A stretch of 64,000 bases of DNA, taken from positions 65,606-129,605 of the IMG/VR virus record IMGVR_UViG_3300028048_000075. One strand, written 5' to 3'. Both the position numbers and the translations under genes were made by a program. The notes below the pieces were generated by a model. It was not told where the DNA came from, made no database searches, and was given only the letters and a program-made list of their open reading frames with translations. This document shows, in pieces, positions 1-10,611 of this stretch. The DNA is from a virus (lineage: Duplodnaviria > Caudoviricetes). The first letter of the stretch is position 1, and each line of letters opens with the position of its first letter.

Positions 1-1268
1 CAGTTTCGGACCTTTTGTTTTATAGTGTAGAAATGCATACTAAACCTGATCGTATTCAGGCTCTTACAGGTTGGGATGACAAAACTATGGCTGAAACTAT
101 TCATATGGTTTCGGAACCTTGGTCAATTGTCGAAATCTATAACGATATTGCTAAATACGCTAAACAGAAACTTGCTCACAGAAAAGAACTTGAAGTTGAT
201 ACCGGAGTTAGAAATATTCTTGGCGAATCTATCAAGATTCTTCCAACAACTTATGTATTGATTGACTCTATTGCAGCTGTACGTACAAAGACAGAACTCG
301 AGTACGATAAAGACGGTAACGTTAAATCTACTGATTCTGTAGCTGGTGCATCAAATATGGATGCTATGCAGATTGCGAAAGATAACACATTGTTCATTAA
401 CGAAGTTAAGAAACTTTGTTCAGATGCGAAGATTTGTGTAGTAATGATCAATCACCTTGTTGAAGTTCCTGTGTTGGATCGTTACAATCCTCCAAAACCA
501 CAGCTTCCTGGTATGAAATTTAATCAGAAGGTTAAAGGTGGTTCAGAACTTCTTTATCAGTCATATTGTGTAGGTCAGTTGTCTATTCGTGAACGTATGT
601 TTAATGAAAAGCAACAGATTTATGGTCCAAATGTTCATGGACTTATCGCTTTTATGGATTGGTTGAAGAATAAGAATGGTCCTGAGGGTGTACGTTTCCC
701 AATGGTCTTTGATGGTAATACTGGTTATAAACCGGAGCTTACAGACTTTGAAATTCTTTATACTGAAGGATTGTATGGAGTAAAAGGTTCTCCTATGAAT
801 TATTATCTTTCCATACTTCCTGAAGTTACATTTACACGTAAGAATCTTCTTGATAAATGTCATGCTAATCCTCTTCTTGCTAGAGCTCTTAGTTTTACAA
901 CAAGACTTTTGTTGGTAAGTAAGATTATCAATCGTGAAACTCCTCCGGATATTTCAGATTTCGAATTGGCAGACTTTGATGAAAGAGTCTTTATGATTCT
1001 TTCACATTCTTGTGATTATCCTGGATATGTAAACTTTGGTTGGACTGTACCTTATGAGTATCAAAGAATAGCTGATGATTATAACTTTGCTATGAAACGT
1101 AGGGAAGGTCCAAACATTGGTCTTTCAGCTTCAGAAATGTTTATGTATAAAAACGATCTTATCAGTACACAGCAGGTCTTCACCGATTTTGATAAAACAA
1201 TAAAAATCGGAGATGAAGAATACTGTATTTCTGATGCGGATTCTGTAGCTAACTGGAAGAAGTCTTAA
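1..1268 (+). CDS. RecA/UvsX-like recombinase ATPase (5'-truncated by window edge)
   Basis: Walker B-like YVLIDSI, then KICVVMINHL, KGGSELLY and KNKNGP, in RecA-fold order; frame open from the window start; Walker A not in window. Confidence 0.6.
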   Translation, partial: VSDLLFYSVEMHTKPDRIQALTGWDDKTMAETIHMVSEPWSIVEIYNDIAKYAKQKLAHRKELEVDTGVRNILGESIKILPTTYVLIDSIAAVRTKTELEYDKDGNVKSTDSVAGASNMDAMQIAKDNTLFINEVKKLCSDAKICVVMINHLVEVPVLDRYNPPKPQLPGMKFNQKVKGGSELLYQSYCVGQLSIRERMFNEKQQIYGPNVHGLIAFMDWLKNKNGPEGVRFPMVFDGNTGYKPELTDFEILYTEGLYGVKGSPMNYYLSILPEVTFTRKNLLDKCHANPLLARALSFTTRLLLVSKIINRETPPDISDFELADFDERVFMILSHSCDYPGYVNFGWTVPYEYQRIADDYNFAMKRREGPNIGLSASEMFMYKNDLISTQQVFTDFDKTIKIGDEEYCISDADSVANWKKS

Positions 1269-1331
1269 TAAAAAAATATTAAGACTTAAACTAAGATATA
1301 TAAATCTTTAAAAGGATGGTGTAGAACAATT

Positions 1332-1511
1332 ATGGGAATCAAGTTCGATAATAAAGCACTTAACGAGAAAAACAAAGAAGCAATTAAAGAAAGCAGAAAA
1401 GCTGAAAGAAAAGAAAACGCTGAGAAGAAAGATGATTCGAAGCGTGACGATGGAACTTATACATGGAGACCTTTTGCTAATCTGAAAGCTATGATTGGCG
1501 AGAAAAAATAA
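1332..1511 (+). CDS. small charged hypothetical protein, 59 aa (MGIKFDNK...RPFANLKAMIGEKK)
   Basis: ORF read manually, below ORF-track cutoff; fills the intergenic gap; purine-rich leader upstream. Confidence 0.65.
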   Translation: MGIKFDNKALNEKNKEAIKESRKAERKENAEKKDDSKRDDGTYTWRPFANLKAMIGEKK

Positions 1512-1562
1512 TTACTGTTAAATAATACACATTTGAATGCTCGAGTAACGTCGAGCATTCAT

Positions 1563-1573
1563 TTATATATTAT
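1563..1573 (+). promoter_or_regulatory. early-type phage promoter TTATATATTAT
   Basis: Motif recurs upstream of many genes; resembles phiKZ TATATTAC and AR9 TATATTAT early promoters. Confidence 0.7.
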
Positions 1574-1613
1574 ATTCGCGATTATAATCTTTATTATATT
1601 TAGGAGAATAATA

Positions 1614-4199
1614 ATGAACAGTGCAGATCTATCCGAAGCAGAGATGCAATATCTCATCGACAAGTATTCAGGCGAAAATGCTAATAAGCTTTTTGCAACA
1701 GGCCTTTTAAGTCATCCTTATCAGTCAGCTGGTCCACGCCAGCACATGTTTTCAACACATTATGCACAGCATGTAATGCTTAAGAATCCTGAAACTCCTA
1801 GGAACTTTACAGGTTGGGAGAATCAGTTTGGAAAATATCTTAACTCTTTTTACAAATCAGATAAGAGTTGGGAAATAGTTGCTAAGATTGTAAGACATCA
1901 GTCATTTCCAGAAATCCAGTATTTGTTGGTAGTAAAAGAAGTCGGAACTAATAATTTTGACACAATAAAGGTTTCTCATTACGAGAAACTTTCCGATCAG
2001 CATGGTTATCTTCGTCCATTTACTAATATGGACAACAAATTGCCAGGAAACATTATAAGTAGAGGAGATTTTGTTTATAAAGCAAATTCTCTTGATGAAT
2101 TTGGCAATTACCGTTATGGTAGAAACTACAAAGTTGCATTTCTCTTGATACCAGAGGTAAAAGATGATGCAATTGTAATGTCTGAATCAGCTGCTAAGAA
2201 TACACAGTTTGATCTTATTACTAAGACTGAACTTGTAATCAATAAGAATGATGTTCTTCTTAACATTTATGGAGATCTTCAGAATTATAAATCTTTCCCA
2301 ATGGTTGGAGAGAATATTTCTGATAAGGGTATCCTTCTTGCTACAAGAAAAATGGAAAAGAAGAATTTATCTGCAGACTTTACTGACATGGCTTTGCAGA
2401 ATATTTATTATACTGATAATAAGTTTGGTGCTCATGGTAAGGTTGTTGATATTGATATAGCTGTTAATGATGTTGATGAATTGAATACCGATTTGCATCG
2501 TCAACAGTTAGCAGAAATCTATAATGATCAATTTAGGTATAACGAAGAAATTGTAAATATTCTTCAGCCTATTGTTGCTAACAAGAATAACAGAACTACC
2601 GACAGACTTGAAAACGAGTTGTTTAATGCAAGAAACTACATATCACCTAATATTAAGTATTCTTCTAATACAGGTAATTTTGAGTTCGCTCATATTACAA
2701 TTTACACTTGTGAGACTCAATGTCTTACACAGGCTATGAAGACTACTAATAGATGTGGTGGTAAAGCAGTTATATCACATATATGGCCAGATGAAATGAT
2801 GCCGGTTGATGCAAATGGAACAAGAGCAGAAGTTATTGCTTCCGCTAATGGTATCCCAGGTCGTGGTAATCCTGACCAGTTATTTGACCAACACATTAGT
2901 TATACTTCTGATGAAATTCTCAGACGTATGAAAAAGGCTAAGACACCAGAAGATGCTATAAAGATCCAAAACGATTATCTTAGTTATATGAGTCCTGAAT
3001 GGGGTGAATACAACAAAGAAGTCGACAAAACAAGAACTAAGAAAGAGAGAGAAGATTATCTCAAAGCTCTTTATGAATCAAGATTGGGTCTCTATATGTA
3101 TAATCCACCTATAGAAGGTGCTATTGGTTGGAGCAAACTTAAAGAAATTGGTCGAAAATACAATATCAAAGTTTCTAAAGTAAAGATGTCTAAGAAATAC
3201 ATTGTTCCTGAAGAAATCGCTGCTATGTATGACACAAAAGAAAATATCGATAAAGTCAAAGACTTTATGGAAAATTACACTTTTGATGCAACAAGTAAGA
3301 CTCTGAAAAAGAAAGATGGTAAGAAAACTATTACTGAAACTTCTTTCGATCAGAATGCTTATAGCTGTGAAGATATCGGTAAGAAAAATGCTTTGAAACT
3401 TAAGAAGAAAGAGTACGAAGAAAACAAATGGGTTGATGATTATGTTTGGTCTGATAATGATGTTGGACTCGAACATATGGAAGATCCTAATAACAACGAC
3501 ACAGCACTTGAAAATTATATTAATACTATTCAAGCACTTGAAGGTGAGTTCGAGAAAGATGATTTCATTCTTAATCAGACTAAGGATAAGTCTTCATTCG
3601 ATACAACAAAATCTAAAGTGTACAGAATAGATAAGAATACGATTGTAAGAGAATTTGTTAGTAAATATCCTGTAGTAATTGGCGATGTTTATCTAATGGT
3701 TCTCAAACAAATGGCTTCGGCAGCTTTCTCTGCAAGATCATTGGGTTCTATGACTCCATTAGGACTTCCTAATAAGAGCATGAAGAAATCTGAAATTGGT
3801 AAACCTTATGGTGATACTGCTAACCAGTTCTCTGAAATGGATAATACAGACTTAAAGAACCTAGTTGATCCAAAGAAGGTCTCTAGATTCTTTGCAGTAC
3901 AGTCAACTGATCCACAAATGAGATCTGAATGTGCAGAAATGCTGATGTTTGCAGATCCTACAAAATTGCATGATCTTCCATATACGGATGATGAAATTGC
4001 TTGTGATACTGTTCCTGCAAGACAGCTTGTAGCATATCTTTCATCAATAGGTCTTGAAATTGGTGATACTGATGAAGTTGACCCATATAAGTTCTTAGAT
4101 GGTGTAAAGTATAAGTCTATTCCTGAACTGATGAAGAAAGTAGGTATAGATGAAAATAATAACCCGTTTGTAAATATTAAAGGGTCCAGAAACAAATAA
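1614..4199 (+). CDS. multisubunit RNA polymerase beta subunit, C-terminal half (probably non-virion RNAP, phiKZ gp71-73-like)
   Basis: KDDAIVMSES, MKTTNRCGGKAVISHIWPDEMMP (GDK..RHG.KG equivalent), GIPGRGN, VIGDVYLMVLKQ; AGGAG RBS before ATG 1614; early-type promoter. Confidence 0.9.
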   Translation: MNSADLSEAEMQYLIDKYSGENANKLFATGLLSHPYQSAGPRQHMFSTHYAQHVMLKNPETPRNFTGWENQFGKYLNSFYKSDKSWEIVAKIVRHQSFPEIQYLLVVKEVGTNNFDTIKVSHYEKLSDQHGYLRPFTNMDNKLPGNIISRGDFVYKANSLDEFGNYRYGRNYKVAFLLIPEVKDDAIVMSESAAKNTQFDLITKTELVINKNDVLLNIYGDLQNYKSFPMVGENISDKGILLATRKMEKKNLSADFTDMALQNIYYTDNKFGAHGKVVDIDIAVNDVDELNTDLHRQQLAEIYNDQFRYNEEIVNILQPIVANKNNRTTDRLENELFNARNYISPNIKYSSNTGNFEFAHITIYTCETQCLTQAMKTTNRCGGKAVISHIWPDEMMPVDANGTRAEVIASANGIPGRGNPDQLFDQHISYTSDEILRRMKKAKTPEDAIKIQNDYLSYMSPEWGEYNKEVDKTRTKKEREDYLKALYESRLGLYMYNPPIEGAIGWSKLKEIGRKYNIKVSKVKMSKKYIVPEEIAAMYDTKENIDKVKDFMENYTFDATSKTLKKKDGKKTITETSFDQNAYSCEDIGKKNALKLKKKEYEENKWVDDYVWSDNDVGLEHMEDPNNNDTALENYINTIQALEGEFEKDDFILNQTKDKSSFDTTKSKVYRIDKNTIVREFVSKYPVVIGDVYLMVLKQMASAAFSARSLGSMTPLGLPNKSMKKSEIGKPYGDTANQFSEMDNTDLKNLVDPKKVSRFFAVQSTDPQMRSECAEMLMFADPTKLHDLPYTDDEIACDTVPARQLVAYLSSIGLEIGDTDEVDPYKFLDGVKYKSIPELMKKVGIDENNNPFVNIKGSRNK

Positions 4200-4210
4200 T
4201 TATATATTAT
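4200..4210 (+). promoter_or_regulatory. early-type promoter TTATATATTAT
   Basis: Exact motif followed by GGAGG RBS. Confidence 0.7.
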
Positions 4211-4230
4211 AATAATGGAGGTCGAAAGTA

Positions 4231-5040
4231 ATGTTCGAATATACTTTCTATAAGAATGCGACTCCTGCTGTGAAGGAGTCCAATGAAAAGGTGTTTGGTG
4301 AACTTGAACCGGTGTACAAAATGAAGCCAAATAGGTTTGAGCTCCCTATTACTTCAATTCGTCGCATTCTCGGTGACAACTTTTATAGGATGGAGGGGGC
4401 AGATGACATCCTTCACCTTATCGTCTTCGAGAAGGGTGGATTTAACAAAGATGATTTGAATGTCAATGTATCTAAGCTTGGAGAGAACGTTCAGTTCTTG
4501 AACTCTATCTTCCAGAGCTTCGTTGAGGTAAATTCAAATCAGCCTTTTACGAAGGAGTTTATGGAGCAACCGAAGAGTAAGCTTTGTATCACAACACCAA
4601 CAGGTTTGCAGTCTTTCGAGATTTGTCTTAAGGACTTGTCTCCAATCTGCACATTCGATAACGCAGGTGTTGTAAACGGAATGATCAACATGAAGGAAAT
4701 TGTTGATGTATCCGAACAGATCAACAAGGCTCAGCGTGACATCGCCAGTGTTCAGAAGACTGGAAATGTACAGGCTATCGAAGCTTTGCAGAAGACTCAT
4801 TCTGAATACGTTGAGCGCTACAAGACTCTGCAGCTTCAGGTTATTGAAAAGTGGCATGAAATCATCAAGGGTTATATCGAAGATGAAAACGTTACAGATG
4901 TTTTCGATGTATCTCTGATTTTCAGTGCACAGTTCACAAATCCAAAGAATAAGGAAACCATTAAGGCTACAAGCATTCTTAGCTATCATGATGGTGCTTC
5001 CGACAACGTGAACAAGCTCAAGAAGTTGTTCAACGTCTAA
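4231..5040 (+). CDS. hypothetical early protein, 269 aa
   Basis: GGAGG RBS; long ORF with C-ending codon bias. Confidence 0.8.
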   Translation: MFEYTFYKNATPAVKESNEKVFGELEPVYKMKPNRFELPITSIRRILGDNFYRMEGADDILHLIVFEKGGFNKDDLNVNVSKLGENVQFLNSIFQSFVEVNSNQPFTKEFMEQPKSKLCITTPTGLQSFEICLKDLSPICTFDNAGVVNGMINMKEIVDVSEQINKAQRDIASVQKTGNVQAIEALQKTHSEYVERYKTLQLQVIEKWHEIIKGYIEDENVTDVFDVSLIFSAQFTNPKNKETIKATSILSYHDGASDNVNKLKKLFNV

Positions 5041-5104
5041 AAATCTTAAAAGAGGGATGAAAAGGATGTCATCCCTCTTAGTTTCAAAAACATGGGAGGA
5101 TAGT

Positions 5105-5314
5105 ATGGGTGTTTTTGATTGTTTGTTAACGGTAATAGCATTGTATATACTACTATCGTATGCGTTGGGTTTCATTGCTGCAATTAGATATTTCTATTTG
5201 AAGAAATTGGAGAAATCTGGAAAAGATGTTCCAGTTCTTGAAAAAGAATATCTAAAGCATGAAATAAAAATATTCTTTACCTGTACATGGGTAATTGGAT
5301 TAGCTTATAATTAA
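5105..5314 (+). CDS. small membrane protein
   Basis: GGAGG RBS before ATG 5105; N-terminal hydrophobic helix. Confidence 0.7.
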   Translation: MGVFDCLLTVIALYILLSYALGFIAAIRYFYLKKLEKSGKDVPVLEKEYLKHEIKIFFTCTWVIGLAYN

Positions 5315-5329
5315 AAGGAGTGTTGTTCG

Positions 5330-5794
5330 ATGGAATTCGAAATGAACTCAGATGGAAGCATCAAGGTTGTTGGAGATACAAAGGATATCAAACAGCTTGA
5401 CAAGAATTCAATTTCAAGTCTGCAGGAATTGGCCGAGAAGTATTACGATACGACTAGGGCAAAAGCAGACGAATCCTTTAAGAAGAACATGGAGTCTTCC
5501 ATAACGATGATCAATAACCTTTCCGATGCGAAGGTAAGGATGATCGAAGCTGAAGGTGAAGCTATCAGGAATCGTCGTAAGAAGTCCTTCAAACAGCTTT
5601 TGGAATTTGGAACAGTCATTGGTGGAATCTATGCTGGAGTTAAGATTGCTTTGGCAATTAAATCTCATTTTAAGAAGGAAGATGATTCATTCGATCTTGG
5701 TATCAACAGTGAAGAATCTCCTATAGAAACACCAGAAGATGCTCCAAAAACCGTGCTCAAGCTTGTTGATACAAGCAAAAAGAGCAAGAAGTAA
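5330..5794 (+). CDS. hypothetical protein with one hydrophobic segment
   Basis: AAGGAG RBS; FGTVIGGIYAGVKIALAI. Confidence 0.75.
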   Translation: MEFEMNSDGSIKVVGDTKDIKQLDKNSISSLQELAEKYYDTTRAKADESFKKNMESSITMINNLSDAKVRMIEAEGEAIRNRRKKSFKQLLEFGTVIGGIYAGVKIALAIKSHFKKEDDSFDLGINSEESPIETPEDAPKTVLKLVDTSKKSKK

Positions 5795-5813
5795 GCAAAA
5801 AAAAAAACTTAAC

Positions 5814-5848
5814 AAAGAAAGGAGCTTCTAGCTCCTTTCTTTTTTTTT
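5814..5848 (+). terminator. rho-independent terminator
   Basis: AAAGGAGC-ttcta-GCTCCTTT followed by T-run. Confidence 0.8.
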
Positions 5849-5850
5849 AG

Positions 5851-5861
5851 TTACATATTAT
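5851..5861 (+). promoter_or_regulatory. early-type promoter TTACATATTAT
   Basis: Motif variant immediately after terminator. Confidence 0.65.
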
Positions 5862-5903
5862 ATTAATGAAAGGATTTATATAAAATTCAACAAGGAGGTT
5901 ATT

Positions 5904-6650
5904 GTGGTTGAAAATAAATATTATAAAGCGGTATACAATTTCGTACCGGTTTGCAAAAACAAATTATTTGAAATGGATGAAGGTCTAAGAAAGACCGACA
6001 GAGATTTCAAAACAATATTGGCCTATGCATCTAGGCCTACAGGATTGAAAACAAATGGTGGAAGGGATATAAAATTCTCTTATATTCCATGGCACAATGC
6101 ATTTTTGCAGTCTACTGACAATGAAGATGCAGATTACTTCCGTGATCTGTGTTGTCAGACAGGAGCTATGGCTTTCATAATGTTTAACAAAACCAAAAAC
6201 GAATATGATTATATAGTCGCTTTGAATAGCGATGTATATGAACGTGTTTGTTATCCATTGTATAGATTAACATTGGCCCATGAAATGGGTCATGCAATTT
6301 GCGATCATGCTTTCGTTGAAAACAATGATAAACGTAGCATCGATCGTGAATTAGAGGCGGATGATAATGGGTTTAAACTCATATCATCTTATTTTAAAGA
6401 TGATAAAAACATCTTTACACCAGATATGATTAGTTCGAAATCATTCACTTTCAAACATATCTTAGCTGGTGCATCTATGGCTTTCGGAGAAAAAGGTCTG
6501 GATCTTATCATGAAAGAATATGGTAAAAAGGATCACTTCGAATTGTGTAAGGAGATTTCTTCATATATGCTTAATTTGGATCCAGATTTGACAAAAATCG
6601 AAGATGGAGTCAGATCAAAGAATTTTGAAGAATGGTTAAAGGCATCATGA
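5904..6650 (+). CDS. HExxH zinc metallopeptidase (ImmA/IrrE/M48-like)
   Basis: LAHEMGH plus downstream RELEAD; AAGGAGG RBS with GTG start. Confidence 0.7.
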   Translation: MVENKYYKAVYNFVPVCKNKLFEMDEGLRKTDRDFKTILAYASRPTGLKTNGGRDIKFSYIPWHNAFLQSTDNEDADYFRDLCCQTGAMAFIMFNKTKNEYDYIVALNSDVYERVCYPLYRLTLAHEMGHAICDHAFVENNDKRSIDRELEADDNGFKLISSYFKDDKNIFTPDMISSKSFTFKHILAGASMAFGEKGLDLIMKEYGKKDHFELCKEISSYMLNLDPDLTKIEDGVRSKNFEEWLKAS

Positions 6651-6689
6651 TTTGAGGTTAACTGTAGAAACCTCAAGTCTGATCATATT

Positions 6690-6726
6690 AGAACGGGTTC
6701 AGTGGTAGAACCCGTTCTTTTTTTTT
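6690..6726 (+). terminator. rho-independent terminator
   Basis: AGAACGGGTTC/GAACCCGTTCT stem plus T-run. Confidence 0.8.
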
Positions 6727-6735
6727 ATCATCGTC

Positions 6736-6749
6736 GACATTTTTATATA
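6736..6749 (+). promoter_or_regulatory. late-type promoter GACA-N6-TATA
   Basis: Matches spacing of AR9 late consensus AACA-N6-TA; recurs before structural genes. Confidence 0.6.
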
Positions 6750-6766
6750 ACCTAAAGGAATGAAAA

Positions 6767-7489
6767 ATGCCTAAAACTAACGAAAAATCGGTGGCTGTAT
6801 CAGAGAAAATGGTCAATTTGGTATCAAAAACCACCAAAAATGGAAATATAGTAATATCTATGGAAGATTCAAAATACTATTATTTACCTTTTGATAAATC
6901 TCCTTTAGATATATCAGACCCTAAAATACGAAATTCTTTTATTAAATCCGTAGAGAAACTAGTAAGAACTAGTAAGTTATATAAAAAGTATATTAATTAT
7001 CTTAAAGCTGATGTTGGATTAACGCATTGTGCAATATTTGGTAATATCAAATCCGAAAAAGGTGATAAAACTAAAATTGAAATGCACCATGGTCCAATAT
7101 TCACATTGTATGACTACGTATCAATAGTTCTCGAAAAACATCTACGTGAAAATGCTAACGACTTAAATACTTTCGATATAGCTGCAGAGGTATTGGATTT
7201 GCATAAAAGACGACTGGTACAGACTGTGATGTTATCTGAATCTGTACATAAGTCTATGGATAACAAAAAACTTGCTCCATTCATTTCTCTTGATATGACA
7301 TTTGGAGATCTTAAAGGTTTTGTTATGGAATATGGTAAGTATTTCTCTCCACAAAATAGAGCAGATCTTAAAAATTACTTTGCACATTACAAGTTTAACC
7401 TAGAAAATAACAGGTTAAATATGTTTAAACCTATATTCACCAAATATGATATTAAAATGGTGAATAGCAAATATGAGGTTCCATCATGA
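6767..7489 (+). CDS. jumbo-phage protein, possible degenerate HNH fold
   Basis: CAIFG...IEMHHGP...LSESVH pattern; first gene of a late-type operon. Confidence 0.45.
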   Translation: MPKTNEKSVAVSEKMVNLVSKTTKNGNIVISMEDSKYYYLPFDKSPLDISDPKIRNSFIKSVEKLVRTSKLYKKYINYLKADVGLTHCAIFGNIKSEKGDKTKIEMHHGPIFTLYDYVSIVLEKHLRENANDLNTFDIAAEVLDLHKRRLVQTVMLSESVHKSMDNKKLAPFISLDMTFGDLKGFVMEYGKYFSPQNRADLKNYFAHYKFNLENNRLNMFKPIFTKYDIKMVNSKYEVPS

Positions 7490-10400
7490 GTTTTGAAGCA
7501 GTCTATAGATCTAGAGAAGGTGCTAGAGAAATAACAAAAATTGCCAATTTCATAGGCTCATTAGTTATAAAGAATGAATATGAGGCTCAAAGATATGAAA
7601 CTTCAGAATCTCTATCCTCATATATAAAATATCATGGAGCATATACTTCTACAGATGCGTTTGCTGATTACGATTTGGAATTTAGAAGAGGTCACAAAGA
7701 TGAAGCTATGCACATTATGAATGGTTTTATTAAGAACTATCATTTTGATATAGCAACATTGAATACTATGACTGAATCTCGAGTTAAATCGTTACAAGAA
7801 GGATATGACAAAAAGATTCCATTGTATCAGGATTATTTGAAAGCTCTTCGTATTGCTCGTGTAGCATATAGTGAAGAAATTAATCCTTATTATAGACAAT
7901 TTATGGGAAAGGCTCCAATAGGTGAAGAACCTGTCAAAATCATTAATAAAGATATGGATGATGACGGTTTTACACAAGTTACAGATTTGAGTCAATATCC
8001 AGATCCCAAATTGATCTATTATCGTAAAGAAATCGATGAAGCGGGTGATGTTCATTGGTATATTATTGGCTATTTAGCTGGATGGTATAAAGAAACTGAA
8101 GATGGTTCATTAGTACCTATAGCAGACAATTTCTATTATCTTAATACGATTTATGTCGATACATTGACTAAGACCAAATATCCCAAAACATTTAACTATT
8201 ATATTCTTCAGAATCATATTGCTGAAGTAATTGCTGCAAATCCAGATAAACATTATTTAAGGTTTGTTGGAGAATCTTTATCACCATTTTATTTGAGAAA
8301 CCTTGAGAATTATGGTATAATTAAGTATGACGATAAGATATTGAGTCCTACTGAGTTGCATTATTTCTTTAAGGCTTACGATAAAGCTAGAAAACAAGTT
8401 TTGCTTGATTATATAAATGGTTTCGATTCTAAACAACCTTTGTATAACCTCTTGATGATTCAGAATCTTCTGTATTATACTGTAATTAACTTTACTAGTA
8501 CATATATAGAACGTTATTCTCTTGGTATTTATACTGAAGAGAACATGAATGATATTCTTGAATCTTATGGATATAAGAGTCTTGTTCATATACAAGATTT
8601 GACTATTAAACAAAGAGTTGTTAAAAACCTTAATGAACTTATTGCAAATAAGGGTAACAACTACATTCTTGATATAATTCTTGAAAAGATTATTCAGGAC
8701 CCAGATACAGAATTAAAACGTTACTATCTGGAAAAGAAATATAGAACTAGTGAATACGATAATGAAATCGATATCAATACTTCTGCTGGTCTAGAAAATT
8801 CTATAGATCTTGTATTCCGTGAAGTTCCAGTTACAGAACTTGATACAACTTCAGTTACTGCTGATTCTTATAAGAATTATGATCAGTTTGTTGCTAGTGA
8901 TGATCTTTGGGGAGGTATAGAACCCGGTGATTCACAATCGATTAAAGAAAACAAGAAAGAGTATATTAAGAAGAAATTAATTTCTTCTAACTTTAACTCA
9001 ATTCTTGTAAAATACATAACTCTTACGAAATCTATAGATATCGTAAATGCTCAACGTCAACTACGTGATCTTGTATATCTTATGCTTTGTTATTTCCATG
9101 AGCATAAATCTGAAGAATTCTTTAATAAGAAAATCGATTTTGATAAATTCTCTGTAACTCCAGCTGCTTTATTTGGTGCTCTTTGTTGGTTACAGCAAAT
9201 GAAGTTTTCTAATGAAGTTGCTCCTATGGCTGATGAAGATAGACGTGATCCTGTAGTTAAAAGAACATTCTGTGACGATGCCGACATTATTCAATACGAC
9301 AAAACAGTTATTACAAGTTCTGTAGTATTTAGAAAAATGGGATCTTTGGCTGTCGATATGAATATTCTTCAGAATAATACATTCGTTATTGATGGTAAAC
9401 CAGTTGTTATATACGATATTTCCCCAGAAATTGGTTCTTGGAAAGTTATAGATTTCTTAAAAGAGAATCCAGATATGCTCGAAGGAATTAATATCGGATT
9501 GGATGGAAAACGTATAGAAACTACTAGACTTACTGACCAATACGATGAATATGGAAGACTCAAAGAAAAAGGTGTAATGTCTTATGGTATATCTGCTCCA
9601 GATGGCTATAAACATTTGAGCGCTTATCAAGAAGAGTTGGAAGATTTCTTAGTAAGATTCCGTTATTTTAAAAATGGAGTAGATCTAGGAGATGCAACAC
9701 TCGGAACAACATTCTCTGAATTAGTGGAAGACTATAAAACCCAATATCCTTCCTTGATTAATGCTATAACTGAGAAAATGAAAAAGTCTTATGATTATAG
9801 AGAATATCAAGCTTGGGTATATATGCTTGAGCAATCACAAAGAAATAATTCTATAGATTTTATCTTTAAGGGTTGTGAAAGATATACAGATTATCTCAAA
9901 CTTATGGAATCTGAAGGGTTAATAGATTACATTTACACAAATGTTAGAGTAAACAATAATAAACTTAGACTTGATGATGTATATGCTGTTCAGGAAACAA
10001 TCAACAATGCATTTAAGAGTTGGGTTTATAATAACTTCTCTAAACTCATTTACCAAGTAAATGATGGAAATAATGACGAATCATCTTCAGAAGCTTCTTA
10101 TGTAAATGACATGAAACTTTTGTTTGATGAATTTTTGTCAGTTTTCTCCCAGTTGTATACTGTAAACTACAAATATACTTTTGGTGATAAAGAAAAGAAT
10201 GCTGATCAAATTCAGTTATTCTATAATCCTGTAAACTATTGGTATAAGGACAAACTCGTCGATTACATCGGTGTAACAGACAAAATTTTCAAAACTCAGC
10301 TTAATGATAAGACTGAAGATAAATTGTGTCTTACATATCGGTATGGAATCGATGAGAAAGCCAAAATGTTTGATAACATCAATAACGATCTTATCATTAT

Positions 10401-10611
10401 TGATGATGGAGAAACAAAAAAATATATTCCTGAGGATCAATTTAAATATGAATTTGTTGGTTCTAGAGAAGTTAACAAGGCTTATGAGCATCTTGGTCTT
10501 ACTGAAAAATGTCTGAGATCTGAAGAAAGACACACTCTTTCGATGACACTCGGATTAAGAGATGCGTTTAAAATAATCTCGGATGAAGGAGAAAAAATTT
10601 ATTATGAATAA
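7486..10611 (+). CDS. large putative virion structural protein, 1041 aa
   Basis: Long ORF, ATGA-coupled to upstream gene, in late-type operon; function inferred from context only. Confidence 0.5.
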   Translation: MSFEAVYRSREGAREITKIANFIGSLVIKNEYEAQRYETSESLSSYIKYHGAYTSTDAFADYDLEFRRGHKDEAMHIMNGFIKNYHFDIATLNTMTESRVKSLQEGYDKKIPLYQDYLKALRIARVAYSEEINPYYRQFMGKAPIGEEPVKIINKDMDDDGFTQVTDLSQYPDPKLIYYRKEIDEAGDVHWYIIGYLAGWYKETEDGSLVPIADNFYYLNTIYVDTLTKTKYPKTFNYYILQNHIAEVIAANPDKHYLRFVGESLSPFYLRNLENYGIIKYDDKILSPTELHYFFKAYDKARKQVLLDYINGFDSKQPLYNLLMIQNLLYYTVINFTSTYIERYSLGIYTEENMNDILESYGYKSLVHIQDLTIKQRVVKNLNELIANKGNNYILDIILEKIIQDPDTELKRYYLEKKYRTSEYDNEIDINTSAGLENSIDLVFREVPVTELDTTSVTADSYKNYDQFVASDDLWGGIEPGDSQSIKENKKEYIKKKLISSNFNSILVKYITLTKSIDIVNAQRQLRDLVYLMLCYFHEHKSEEFFNKKIDFDKFSVTPAALFGALCWLQQMKFSNEVAPMADEDRRDPVVKRTFCDDADIIQYDKTVITSSVVFRKMGSLAVDMNILQNNTFVIDGKPVVIYDISPEIGSWKVIDFLKENPDMLEGINIGLDGKRIETTRLTDQYDEYGRLKEKGVMSYGISAPDGYKHLSAYQEELEDFLVRFRYFKNGVDLGDATLGTTFSELVEDYKTQYPSLINAITEKMKKSYDYREYQAWVYMLEQSQRNNSIDFIFKGCERYTDYLKLMESEGLIDYIYTNVRVNNNKLRLDDVYAVQETINNAFKSWVYNNFSKLIYQVNDGNNDESSSEASYVNDMKLLFDEFLSVFSQLYTVNYKYTFGDKEKNADQIQLFYNPVNYWYKDKLVDYIGVTDKIFKTQLNDKTEDKLCLTYRYGIDEKAKMFDNINNDLIIIDDGETKKYIPEDQFKYEFVGSREVNKAYEHLGLTEKCLRSEERHTLSMTLGLRDAFKIISDEGEKIYYE

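Noticed and set aside
4534-5175. 213-aa antisense ORF and similar antisense ORFs across the track
   Set aside because: Shadows of codon-biased plus-strand genes; no RBS or promoter
5797-5807. Long poly-A run as a contingency locus
   Set aside because: Lies after a stop codon in AT-rich DNA with no recurring context, unlike the poly-C tracts
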